Shown here: positions 37,140-50,200 of the stretch, piece after piece
Layout: every line of letters begins with the position of its first letter
Numbering within the stretch: the first letter of the stretch is position 1
Assembly (NCBI GenBank): GCA_030248215.1
Contig: JASANG010001737.1
Location: 1-64,000, forward strand
Direction: 5' to 3'
DNA length: 64,000 bases
Source: Enoplolaimus lenunculus
Lineage: Eukaryota
Notes under the pieces: generated by a model
The model's input: the letters and a program-made list of their open reading frames with translations, nothing else
Told to the model about the DNA's origin: nothing
Databases searched by the model: none
Program-made: the position numbers and the translations under genes

Positions 37140-38560
37140 AACGTTTAACTAAAATAAAGCTTTTTAAACTGTGTCTTTTGTTGTTTTTAATAAATGAAAG
37201 AAATTAGCAGTTAACGTATAAATAAATAATTATATATTTGGTACGTTTCTAAATTTATAAAAAACTTAATAATTCGAACGTAGGGCAGCGCGTGGCAGAA
37301 AATAGAGTGGATGCCCGCGGGACGGGGCGGGGCGGGGCAGCACTACTCCAGGCGGTGCGGGACGGAGTGTGGCGGCTTTTTCCGTCCCGTTTCTAACTCT
37401 GAGAAGTGAGAACATGGGCTTCCAGTTTACCAGGGCAAAAAACTTATGTCCAGGAGTGCAGCATAGCTACTTCTATCGGACAGCTCGATTTTCAGCTGGT
37501 TGTCAGGAAAAACCACAAACAGATTTGGTACACACAAAATAAATGGTCTTAAAATTTCAAGACTCCTACTTTCTGAAATTTCCAATTTCAGACATTAATA
37601 GCCCTAAATTTCTCAAAAATTCGTGTCTGAAATGGTTGAAACATGAGGTGTCTTATATATTAGAGAAATTGCTACTACCAATTTATAAAGACACAACAAA
37701 AAAGCCAATTTCTGATTTTAATGTATGTAAAAAAGTTTCTTAAGACTGTATATAAACGAATTTCAAAGACAGTTTGGGTTGATCTCAGGCTCCCACAACC
37801 TATTAAGGATACATCTTTAGGTTGTAAAATTAGGGTATTTGATTGAGCTTTCGCCTCGAATTATGAAGTCAGTTTCTCCGGTCAATTATGTCTTGTATTT
37901 CGCACATATATGCCAGACATCTAAGTGTAAATAATTTCAGACCCATATTACTGAAAAATTTGAAAAATCAAAGTCTGGAATTCAAGACGTCTGGAATCTG
38001 TATTAATACATAATTGTCTTAAATTGTATACAATATCTCTTGAATACAAGACAATTTATTTTGTGTGCAGTGCAAAAAATGGTGAGTCAAATTGACTCTC
38101 CCCGAAATAGGTTCTACGGGACTACACAAACTGAGTCAAAATTCGACTCCGCCAGAGTCAAATTCGACTCACTGAGTCGCACGCTTGACTCTGGCGGAGT
38201 TGAATTTTGACCCAGTTTGTGTAGTCCCGTAGAGCCTATTTCGGATAGAGTCAAATTTACTCACCATTATTTGCAGTGTGTAGGGAAAAGTGAAAAATAC
38301 AAGCGCATAGATATTCCTTCGTTTGGTGCTGATGAGTAGGAACTGTTTGAAAAATGGGGAAAATGCGAAAGCCTAATGGTTCATCCACGTTAAAATGCAC
38401 GCGCCGATGTAATAAATGGTCCACCCACCCCATTTGGAATAGCATCGAAATACACATCCTAGCTGGAGGCAAGGTACAGTTTCATAGCTGTACTTAGATA
38501 GTGGTGTTTGTCTAAACTCTGCCGGAAGGGACTCTGGAGGAATACATGTTGTCTGTAGGA

Positions 38561-38689
38561 TGTCAGGACATTACGATAGTGCACGCACACACATAAAAAC
38601 ACAAGCTGCGCACACATATTCACACGCATCATTCAACACAAAAAACAGAGTCCCTTCCGAGGGACTATGGACAATAACAGTTCCTGATA
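38561..38689. mobile_element. small solo-LTR-like insertion
   Basis: TGTCAGGA...TCCTGATA termini with 4-bp direct repeat AGGA on both sides. Confidence 0.5.
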
Positions 38690-39855
38690 AGGATGACAGG
38701 ACAAGTAAATATTACGCCTAGAGCGTATTCATTGTCTAAAAGTTCAAACAATGACATACTGACATATCACACAGTGTATAAAGAGATTGGGTCGGGACAA
38801 CGCGGGCACCCAAAAGGGAGGGACATTTTTTACATATGTGCGTGCATTTTAACGCGGATGACCCATAAATTCTCCTAATTTGGTATAGCGAATTCAATTG
38901 CTTAAATATTTTTATTTTCTTATGGAAAATCTGAAGCATAAAGTTAATTTGGTAAACATTAAACTGGAAAATTCAAACCCTTAAATATTTCTGGTTTAGC
39001 GATGAAAACCATAAGCGTAATATATTTTCCCTATCAAAGTAAAGGAACTTAGGCTTAAGTGTACGAGTTATCCCGTTTGCCAAATTGAATCACACATGGC
39101 AATTTTCCAGGCAGAGCAACCTTTACTTTCCAGGCCTAAAATCAATACATTTTTAGGAAACAGTTTTACTTTTTCTGTTTTCGGAACTTTACCTACACCC
39201 TTTCCACTGGTCCGTTGCATATTTTTCGTCACACATTCTAATTTCTCAGACTAACAACCAAACCATTCTTTACCTACTAGAAATACTAAAAACCTATACG
39301 TATTATTGATACTTCTCCACTTTCCGCGTTTCCGAACCTTGCCTAATACACCTCCAACGTTTTCTACCAAACCGAAAGATTCATATACCTACTTTTGAAT
39401 TAACTGTTCAAACACGCCATTCAAACCGTTCATAACCATGCAAGATTTAGAGAAAACCTATACGCATCAGTTTTCCATTTTTCTTCCTCGTTTAAGAAAT
39501 CATATCCTCTTTTTGCACCTGTGTTTGTTGATAATCAAACTGGAAACGAACCAGTAAATTTAGCTTAAATGGGCACAGATTTAATATACTTAGCTAGCTT
39601 ATTGTAGGAAATTTGGTTATTCCGCATATTCAATTTTTGAAAAAAATAATTCTGATCGTATCGCCTATGTGCCCCGTCTCGTAAAGCTGGTTTAAAACGT
39701 TTGTAAGTTCTATAAAATAAAGGCGGGTTATGATTAAGGCTATTATTCTCGCTTAGACTTAGGTTAAGACTAAATTGACATAGCTTAGTATGATTGGTTC
39801 AATTTTTGAAGCTTTCAAAAAACATCCGGCAAGTTGAAATACCGCAGCCCAGCCG

Positions 39856-40113
39856 TGTCAGTCTAGGTCAGAACCGGGACTTTACACCTTTCAACTAAGC
39901 AGCTGGAACGGCGGGCCTCCGGAGCGGGGATCGAACTCTCATCCTATGCATCCTAAAGCAGATACTCTACCAATGCGCCACGCAGCCCGCTTTTCCAGCT
40001 GCATTTTTGGTCGACTATATGTGTCGACCGTATGCTGCCAGCTAGCATGCATACAGTACACTGCACTATATGGCATGTGCACATAACGGACAGGTAGGTC
40101 TCACATGCTTACA
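39856..40113 (-). mobile_element. solo LTR containing a tRNA-like cassette
   Basis: TGTCAG...CTTACA termini, perfect 5-bp TSD AGCCG, minus-strand A box TGGCGCATTGG and B box GTTCGATCC at 39911-39990. Confidence 0.75.
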
Positions 40114-40284
40114 AGCCGGATTTTAATTTTTTGTCGAAGCCGGATAATAGTCCCATTTTTGGTTGCAGAGACACAACACAGTTTAGACAGATTAAATATC
40201 TGCCAGACTGTATGGTCGGGACGACCTCTTTCCCCGAAGTACTGTGAATATAATTGGTTTTCCCCTTAATTTCTCCGAAAGATA

Positions 40285-40357
40285 TGGACACGCCGGGAAT
40301 CGAACCTCGGACCTCTCGCTCGCGAGTCAAGTACGCTACCCATTACACCAGGCGGCC
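40285..40357 (-). pseudogene. tRNA-like cassette in the 3' LTR
   Basis: A box TGGTGTAATGG, B box GGTTCGATTCC; degenerate acceptor stem. Confidence 0.75.
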
Positions 40358-40642
40358 GATATCATACGTAATTTCCTCTGGTGCTATATGTGCACGAGTA
40401 TGTATGTGTCTTTAACATTACACACTGCACATACACAAGCTACACCGCGTATACTCACATTCCCCCTTCTTTAGGCGGTCGCCCCGGACCGCGAATCCAT
40501 AGTTCTCCGAATCCGTGGGCCTGCAATTTACAGCGCCCGCCTCGGTGGGACCTCCATGTCAGAACTGCGCGGTCGGGACCACCCCTTACCCTGAAATACT
40601 GCGAATATAATTGGTTTTTCCCCTTAATTTCTCCGAAAGATA

Positions 40643-40715
40643 TGGCCACGCCGGGAATCGAATCTCGGACCTCTCGTTCGCAAGTCAAGCGCGCTATTCA
40701 TTACACCACGTGGCC
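40643..40715 (-). pseudogene. tRNA-like cassette in the 5' LTR
   Basis: Perfect acceptor stem GGCCACG/CGTGGCC, A box TGGTGTAATG, B-box-like GATTCGATTCC; imperfect anticodon stem (TGC). Confidence 0.75.
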
Positions 40716-43700
40716 GATATCATAATTTCCTCTGGTATTATATGTGCACGAATATGTGTCTTAGCATTGCACACTCTGCACATACACCGGCTACAACGCG
40801 TATAGTCGCAGGAACCAAAAAACACGTGTTGGCTTGTGGGCACAGGACATGGACAACCAAACGTTTAAGTTTTAGCTAAGAATGCAGTTGCAGCTTAAAG
40901 TCTAGCGCTTACGCCGATGCTTAAAATCAGGCTTTCGCTTAAAACTAACGTTAGACGTTAACCTTAGCTTAATGCTTAAGCCACAGCCTTATTTAAATCA
41001 CCGGTGTATAATCGCATAAAATCACTTTGGTCATGCTTTCTACGTTTCAATATTCGTTTACTAAAATCAGACTACTGGCCATACATTTTGCGTATCTGGT
41101 GCTCGTAACTTAAGGGGGTTAGTATTAGGTTTGGATTAATTATCCGGCTCCGGCATCTTTTGCTATCCGGTCGCACCCTCATATAAGCCAACCAATAATG
41201 GGTAAATTCTAAAGTTATGTTTGATTAACCAGTCTAGATTAGACCTATTGTACTTTGTTGTAATAGCTCTTGGTTTCAAATTTTTGCGTTTGCGTGGATG
41301 TTAGACATTTTTACTCCTGTGGTGTACTTTACAAAATTGATGGTTAAGCTTTTATGTAGGGATTTGCCGATACCAAGATTTTTGCCGATGCCGATACTGA
41401 TGCCGATTCTTATTTTAAAATTTTGCCGATGCCGATTCCAACTTTAGTACACCATGCTTAATAAACAGATAGGATACTACGGTACATCATTATATGAAGA
41501 CTTAAACCTTAAACATCATAAACGATTAATTCAATTAATGTTTTCAAACACAAATGCAAAAAATAGCAGTTTTCTTGACCAAACACACAGATATGCGCCC
41601 AGAAATGAAAGTGATAGCATTCCCACTGACTGTGAGCGTCAAGCGGGGATTTACCACTATTATATATGTCTATTTTGATCATGTATAACTAGGTTCGACC
41701 GGAAGTCCAGTTCCGGTTTAGAATAACCCGTTGCCGGCACGGTGCGACCGGATATCCCGCTCCGGTTTGCTATCCGACAAAAAACTCGCATCCGGTTTCG
41801 GTTCCGGTATCCGGTGTAAACCTACCGGATACCGGATTTGGATGATGATTTCATAAATCTCAAATTATTGCAAATTATGTTGTGAGAGGTTACGTATTCA
41901 GTCCCATTACATGTAAGTATACAGTAGTCCAACAGAACCGATAAGGTATTTGAGCATACTTTGATTATCCGAACATGGTTTTGTTAGTAACGTGGCGATT
42001 AGGGTGGGAATTTCTAAGATATATAGTATTTTGCTGTGATATTTCGGCGAGTTTTCTTAATTAGTCAGAGAAAAGATAAGCGATTCGGATTTTATTATAG
42101 AAACAAACCAATTATTCGCAGCTTCACACAATTATTTTCAAGTATTAGGACACGCTCTTTATGTAAACGCAATATTCCGTTTAGTGAAGATAAACTAACA
42201 TTTACTGATGCATTAACGTGCTAAAAATTGATTTATTTAAAGAACACACTATCCGGTTAACATCCGGTTCCGGTACAGAAATTACTATCCGGATCCGGTA
42301 TCCAGAATAGGACTGCATATTTGCTCTAATATGTAGTTAATAATTCGGATTTCACAGGGGCTTTGTTATTAAATGGGCTTCTCGCACTACTTATATTTAG
42401 CATTTCGATCAAAATTGGCCACCAAGTATTGTGATTTTGGTCAAAGTCGTCAAAGAGTTAAGTTATACTTTTCATCTTCAACAATAAATATCCGGCAATG
42501 TAGGATATCGTGGCGGATGTCATTTTTTGCTGGAGCTTGATATCCAGTTGAATCCTAAATATATAAAACATTTTGCATTGCATCGGCATACCTGCGGAAT
42601 ATTCCCCCGGAAAAATTCACTTTACCCCTCGCAGGGCCGGAATTTTCGAGCGGAGATAAAAATTAAAAAGCATTTCACCAATTTCTAATCTTATTTTTTC
42701 TTTTTTTTTTTATTACCTTAGTCACATAGGGATAAATTTTATTTGTTGTATTTTAGATTTGCATCATCGACTGAAGTGAAACCCACCAATCAATTCGATC
42801 ATCCGCTCAGCAGGCCAATGTTGCTTTGAGGAGCGTCACCTAGTACGTATAAGTATAAGCACATTCGTAAGCCTGGTCTCAGAGTAAGCATAAGCCAATA
42901 ACAAACCTTAGGCCTAGCTTAATTTATAAGCAAAAAATTAGTCCGAAGTTTAGGTTTAGTTGGAGTTCCACAGAAAAACGGTACGGCTTTCAAAGTAATG
43001 GTTGGTAACAAATTTTAGCGTGATCTATTGGTATTGTGAAACCAAGAATATTAGCATCCTTCATAGCATTTATTGTATTATCAGGTTATCAGTGTTACTA
43101 ATTGTTTTTATTTTTAAAAAATATCGTTGTTTAAGTAGTAAAACTGATAACCAGACAAAGTAATAAATGGTATCAAAGTATGCTAACGTTCTTGGTTTGA
43201 TTATCAGTTTTACTACTTAACCAGTAATACTTAACAAACGTATTTTAAAAATGACAAAATGTACTTTGTATCATTAAAGTTTTTACTATTGAAATGCATT
43301 GCCGTCGTTCGTATCAGGTGATTGTAGCGCTAATGTTACTTTAACCCACAATAGCAGGTTCTGTCAATTAAAGTTACTAGATTTTATACAGGAAATAATA
43401 TATGTTTGCTTATGCTTTAACTTTGCAATATTTATAACACGGTATATATTGTGTTTGGTTATAAGCTGTAAAAACTGTTTAAAGAACCTATGTTTGAAAC
43501 TGTAAACGCTACCTGAAAACTTAGAAGTTGTGTAGGAGCTAAGGACTTCAAAAATAACGCAGTGTTATGTGTCTAAACGATAATCGGGTTTGAAATTTTT
43601 TGTTTTTACAATTCTGTTGTCATAATTCGCTTTGCATAAAATAGAGCATTATATATATTTATATATATCAGGGTGCAACAGCAATTATAAAATATTGGAA

Positions 43701-43881
43701 CCGGAAATTTAAAATATACCGGAACCGGAAAATAAAAAATATTGGTTACCGAAAAATTAATTTATATATATACATATATATATATATATCTTTCAGATTA
43801 TATTGTTAAATGTAATATTTATTAATTATTTTTATTGTTTATGTTTTGTTTTGTATTTTATGTATTTTTACTAGTCATATC

Positions 43882-44233
43882 ATGAGTTTGATCTGTGATC
43901 GATTTAGCGTGCTATTTGCGGTGCTTGTACTTTTTATCAATGATTCCTTGTGTTACAATGATGTACCTCCGGTGTTTGAATTTGATTTCATCCGTCTGAT
44001 ACAACAAAAACTGAACGAAGCAGATGCCATGCGAAAATTTGCTGTCAGACAGAATTTAGTGTCATATGACACAAATAAGTCACATTCTGATTATTTCTTT
44101 TTGCTGGCGGTCATTAAGGCAACATCAAACGAAGCGGATTCAGTGTTCGGAATTTCGAAGCAATGCCAGGAAGATATGGACTATTTTCATAAAGCCATCC
44201 GTAATATCAGCGAGAATCAGTGGGTGATATCAG
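43882..44233 (+). CDS. NRF-6-like exon 1 (signal peptide, start of NRF)
   Basis: MSLICDRFSVLFAVLVLF...ISKQCQEDM...QWVIS; G|GTAAAA donor. Confidence 0.85.
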
Positions 44234-47200
44234 GTAAAATATGATGGAAATTTTGGGTACTTGTTTGCTTTCACCTCGCACTAGTGTAAACTTGATAGAA
44301 CGCAAAAACAGACTTCCTACACCAGTATTATCGTTTTATGAAAATTTCCGGGTCCGGGATTTGACTTTGAAAAATTCCGTGTCCGGGAATTTATTTTTAA
44401 ACATTGCAACTCTACTGTTTATTGTGGTTTTCGTAAGCATAAAGCTTAATCCTAATTTTTGGGGCTAAGCGTAAGGTTTCTATTATTCCAACCATTATAT
44501 TTGTGTGTAACTTTTTGCGTAGAGAATAAGCATAAAGCGTAATCTCAATTCTTGGGGCTAAGCCTGAGGTTTTTATTATTCCAGCTATTATATTTGTTTG
44601 TAACTTTTTGTATGGGGAAGTAAACAAGTACCAAAGATTTCAAATGACAATAGGTTTAGATTTTCACATGAAATAGTATCAAACAAATTTTGATCTTGCT
44701 TACGGAGAAAAATTTTAACATCCATCTCCGGTAATGTTTTGCTGTCGATAGTTAGTTACGTGATATTCACGCATGCTTCCAGTGATAGTTCTTAAACCTA
44801 TTACATGGATGGCTGAATACCAGGGATGGGCGGTCTCGGTCAAAACAATGATACCGAGACCGAGACCCAGCCTATCGAGGCCCAGAACCAATTTATAGAG
44901 ACCGAGACTTTTGGTCTCTATCTCGGTGAATTTTTAACCGTTACCGAAAATAAAAATAAGTTATTTCTACCAAATGTTTGAGTATTTTTAGTTACTCAGA
45001 AATGCCATTTATTTCATACAATTAAACTAATAAATCGCCGCCAAACTTTATTTTTTACTTTATTTCTAATGTGATAAAATAATCACTTGAGGGAACTTTA
45101 GCTTTCTATTAAAACGGTCATAGTGTGAAAGAAAGTAAACAAGTGTCAAGTACATATATATCAGGGTGCAACCGGAATTACAATTTACCGGAACCGGAAT
45201 TTGAAAATTTTACCGGAACCGGAAAGTGAAAAATGCATTTCACCAAAAAATTCATTTTAATCGTATTTTTTGCTCTATTATTTGTGAAACAACCTTAGTT
45301 GAACATAGGTATTTATTTTATTTGTTGTATTGTAGGTTTTCGTCGTCGACTAAAGTGAAATCCACCATCAATGGCTTATATTCGGAGTACAAGTGGCTTT
45401 CAAAAGAGATTCTTAAAAATTAGCAAGGTTAAGAAAACGGCCAAATTATAACACCGAAATTTTTAAAATCCGGTAATAATTTACCGGAACCGGAAGGTGA
45501 AAAAATGCCGGAACCGGAATTCCGGTTGCACCCTGATATATATATTTATATGTATATATATATATATATATATATGAGCAAAAAATACGATTAAAATGAA
45601 ATTTTTGGTGAAATGCAGTTTTCACTTTCCGGTTCCGGTAAAATTTTCAAATTCCGGTTCCGGTAAATTGTACTTCCGGTTGCACCCTGATATATACCCA
45701 ATTTTAAGTGGTTAACGTAGCGTATAAGTCCAAAAAACGAGCACAACATTGCTACGTCCTTTCTTCAACTCAAACTAGCTCAGATAATAGCAAATTGTTG
45801 ATCGGTTTTTAATTCCGAGACTTGTCAAGACCAAGACCGAAACCGAGACCAGCCACATCCCGAGATTTGTTGAGACCGATACCGGCACCGCCCATCCATA
45901 CTAAGTACAGGCATGCTTGAGTTGTAGAAAGGGTTAAGTGGTTAACGTAGCGTATAAGTCCAAAAAACGAGCACAACATTGCTACGTCCTTTCTTCAACT
46001 CAAACTAGCTCAGCTAATAACAAATTGTTGATCGGTTTTTAATTCCGAGACTTGTCAAGACCAAGACCGAAACCGAGACCAGCCACATCCCGAGATTTGT
46101 TGAGACCGATACCGGCACCGCCCATCCATACTAAGTACAGGCATGCTTGAGTTGTAGAAAGGGATTAAGGTCATACGTTATTACTTGTGTATGTATGCTT
46201 CTATTCACAGTTTCAACCATGTTTACAAGTGCACATGTTTGCAGTCAAACTTGCAACTGCGAGTTTTGTGATAGATTTGACTAAACCATATATATGCGAA
46301 TAGATTATGGTATGATTTTAGTGTTTGATTCGTATGGCAAACTCCCATCAGCGATTCTTGGAGGTAACAAGTATGCACTTGGCAGTTGGCAAGAATGTCG
46401 AAAAGTTATTGCTGCCGATTCAGGAAGTAGCGCGATGTAAGTCAAACATTTTGTACAAATATCTAGTTTGTTTTGAGTAGGAAGTAGTCACGTGAAGTAA
46501 GGGTTGTGTTGCCTAACATTTTGTGCAGAATATCTAGTTTATTTTGAGTAGGAAGTATGAGTCAAAATATACCTGATTTCCCAAATGTTGTGGTTCTATG
46601 TTGGGAATTTCTATTTTTGTTTGCTGAAAATGAGATAAAACGTTTTTAATTAATAAATATATAAGAAAGAATGTACTTAGCTGTAACAGAGAAAAATTAA
46701 AACCATGCAATGTTGCAGTGAATGACAGCTTTTTATGTACTCACGATAATATAATAAAATGAATTAGGCATATATACTTAAATTATTTTATGTGAACCTT
46801 ATTGTAAGCTGGTTTTATTATGTATATTCATCAGGGTGCAACCGGAATGCCGTATCCGATTAGAATCTTGATTTAAAACGAGTTTCGATTCCGATTTCAC
46901 AATCAATCGGAATCAGAATTTTGAAATTTTAGTTTTAATCCTACTTGTTGTGATATGTCGCGTAAAAATTCTCTCCATCTCAACTTCTGAACGCACAAAA
47001 CCACCATGTTATTTTGAAAATAACAATACTTGATTGTAGTTTAGTGTTACAGAACCCTAAATCATCGCCAATTTATTCACGCGACGTTTTTAAGAATTAC
47101 TGCCACCCAACAGATACCCTAGATCTATATTATTTGTTAATACAAATTATTCGTATAATCACAAAGTGTGTAGTTCCGAGTCCGGTATAAATTTACTGTT

Positions 47201-50200
47201 CCGATTCCAATATATTCAGTTCCACATTGCAGCTTGATATTCATCTTAGAGATGTCCCGGAGTACACCCGTGGACAGAAGGTGCCGGGGCCACACGGTAC
47301 CGTAGACGATAGCAGAAAAAATCATTTACCTATCTGCTCGAATGCTCAGTAAATAAATTTAAAACGGCTTTACCACGTAGCAAAACATTGCTGCTGGGAA
47401 AATTTCTTTTTAAACACTACAGCAGCACTGCAGTACGTATGTAACTTTTTCTTCGCATGCCTAGGCAAAACGTCGCGCGATGCTATATCATAAATACGGT
47501 ACCTTACACCGAGGTGCATGCGTACGTAAAAGCTACATTAAATGTGAAGTTCCGGGCCCCGGTAAAAATCCTGGCTCCGAGAAATCTCTAATTCATCTAT
47601 ATATTTTGTGGGCCTGAAGCTTGTATCGTCACTAGTGGTGGTGATGGTCTTATCAGTTAATAGCAGATAGGCATCCGAGACGTATTTGAAGACCATTATT
47701 GTAATGACAATAAGAATAATTTTAAATTACGTGTGCTGATTGATTATTTAAATTATTTGAAAACTTTGTTTATTTTTATTTTTAGATTCAAAGGCCAATA
47801 TTCGCGCGCTATGATCAATGTTGCTAGCCTTGGCGAAATTCAATATGGTGTGTGTTTGCCTGCGTCGTGTAACATGACTGATGTTAATATAATCCTTTAC
47901 AATGCATTTAGTAAGTGCATTACGTATTTTGAGATATTATTCTGTGCCCAGCTAAGAACTGCACTTTACCTCTTACGGCACTTGTGTACCGAGAACTTTC
48001 AACTGGTCGTGGCCTACGTTGGAAATAGCCGCAAAAGATTGGTCTGTAAATAGAGTTTTCGAAACGGTAAGTTAACGATAGTACAATAAAGTAACGTCTT
48101 CTTAACCTGTAGTTCGGTAGATAATTGTAAGGACGTTTTCTCATTTGGCTTTGCCGCTGCACAACACGTATTCAAGGTGCGACCGGATGTTCGGATCCGG
48201 TTTAATATCCGCCAAACACCAATATTCGTATCCGGTTCCGGTATTTGTTATAAACATATATGGTAAAAGGAATTTTTGAAAGAGCTACCACCTCAAGTAT
48301 CCAGTATCCAATATAAACCTACCGGATATTTGCTTTTACCGGATGCTTGCGGTGGTGGTGCCGCATTTCAAAAATGACTTTCTAAAAGTGGCGTAATATC
48401 TTGCTGTGATTGCGTTTCTGAGCAAGTCAAGAAGTTCAAGTTTTAACACGCTGCATTAAAAATGAAAAGTCAAGCTGACAATAAATTCTAATTCAGTAAC
48501 CATTGCCCGACTCGAGTACTTCTACCAGTTCCCAAATTTGCATGCTATGTCCGGTTAATATCTGGTTCCGGTGAAAAATGTACTATCTGGTTCCGGTATA
48601 CGACAAATTAATAGCCTATCGCACCCTTCTATTAGTACAACAAAGAGTGCATGATGCTCTTTAACAAGAGTATTGCGTTTTTGGCCGATCCCCGTATTTA
48701 AAATGGGGGTAGGTATCACATGCAATACCCCTAAAATAAACCATATGCAGAGCAGTTTTGATGCCGCATACATAGATAGTGCCATGGTTCGCACAGGTTG
48801 TAACGCACCTCTAAATAAATGGAGGTTGATCAAAAACACAGCGCGTGCCGGGTAAATTTTGCACCGTGTGGGACCCCAAGAGTTGCATACTCTTGTATCA
48901 TGCACTCTTGGTATAACACTAACACATATTGTAGTTATCTTTTAACTAACATCGACTATTTTTCTTGCTCAGGTCGTATCAGCAGTTCACTGACGTTTAC
49001 GTTTGCACAAACCTACGGTTCGTTTAGTATTTGGAACAGTTCAAAGGCTACAGCAACTATGTAAGTTTTTTGTGTTTGTATTAAGATGCATCCATACGTG
49101 GCGTGGTGTAATGTTAAATTTAGTTATTGGCATATATAGTTTTCAGGATTATTTTGTCGTACATATTATTATAGTAGCAGGGCTGCCAGCAATGCTCTCT
49201 ACCACTCCGAGGGTCTGACTCTCTATATTTAGAGCAGGGGGATACAGAAACTGTGTCCACCCTATGTTTTGGGGAGAGTGGCTTCGAAGTTAGCTTGAAG
49301 GAAGCCAGAAGTACTTTCAATGTCGCATTTCAGTGTGTATATAAGGTTTCCCTCTTCATAAACTTCTGGATTCATTTGTGAACTCAGACTCAGCATATAT
49401 TTTGCTGAGTCCGTGGACCGTCACTTTTTAGCCCGTTTTAAGCCCTTTGCTACACGATTATCATTTCAGGACACTGAGACGTCGCAAGTCCGGCCATGCT
49501 GCTAGATTATATATAAAGCATGTGTTTTAAATTTTAGGACCAAATTCAGGTTATTATTATGAAAATTTGCGGGTCCGGGTTTTGGCTTTGTGAAATTCTG
49601 GGTCCGGCTACGTACTTTGAAATGTCGCATTTCTAATATTTAAACGATTCTTGTGACGTGGTACTCAGAAAAGCAGTGAACACGTCTTGCTTCTGATTGT
49701 CTAAAGTTAAAAAATAAGACTATGGTTTTTTGACTATTTTAAGGCATTTCGGCTTAGTGAAGCACCATGTTGCATCGTATGTGAATTTCCGTACGACGTC
49801 AGATGACAATTTATAAACAAAAAGTTGTCACCTGCGGCGTTTTTTATTCTTTTATTTTTAAATTTTTGATTTTGATATTTGAGGTAAATCTATATTTTAG
49901 GGTTCTCTTTTGTATTTTCAGCTCAATATTGATCGTTTGGTTGGTGGTTTTGTGTCTCGTTACACTGTATGACGTGTTGATTATACGTCAGAATTTGAGG
50001 GTTAGTGAAATATAGCTCTGGGCTTTCCGGGAAAGATAGGATGGGACTTCCGCACAGCGAAATCCCCCTGTTTTTGCTTGCCTTCAGGTTTCTAACAATC
50101 TAGGATATAGCGAATTGTCCACTTCTAAACGGACGCATTTATCGGCCAAAAATGATATTAAATGAGACCAGAAGTGTGTACTGTATTCTGAGAGTTATCA

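Larger units (their letters stand above)
40201..40810 (-). mobile_element. TRIM-like non-autonomous LTR retroelement with tRNA-like cassette in each LTR
   Basis: Direct repeats 40557-40810 and 40201-40459, each TG...CA. PBS TGGAGGTCCCACCGAG (40541-40556) abuts the 5' LTR and PPT AAAGAAGGGGGAA (40460-40472) abuts the 3' LTR. Internal region is 97 bp. Confidence 0.85.

Noticed and set aside
40285..40715. Two functional tRNA-Ala genes
   Set aside because: Anticodon stems are mismatched, the anticodons differ (CGC/TGC), there is no T-run terminator, and both are embedded in LTRs
45226..45423. Repeated 65-aa ORF (also 58746-58943)
   Set aside because: It lies inside non-autonomous MITE copies and has no transposase motif
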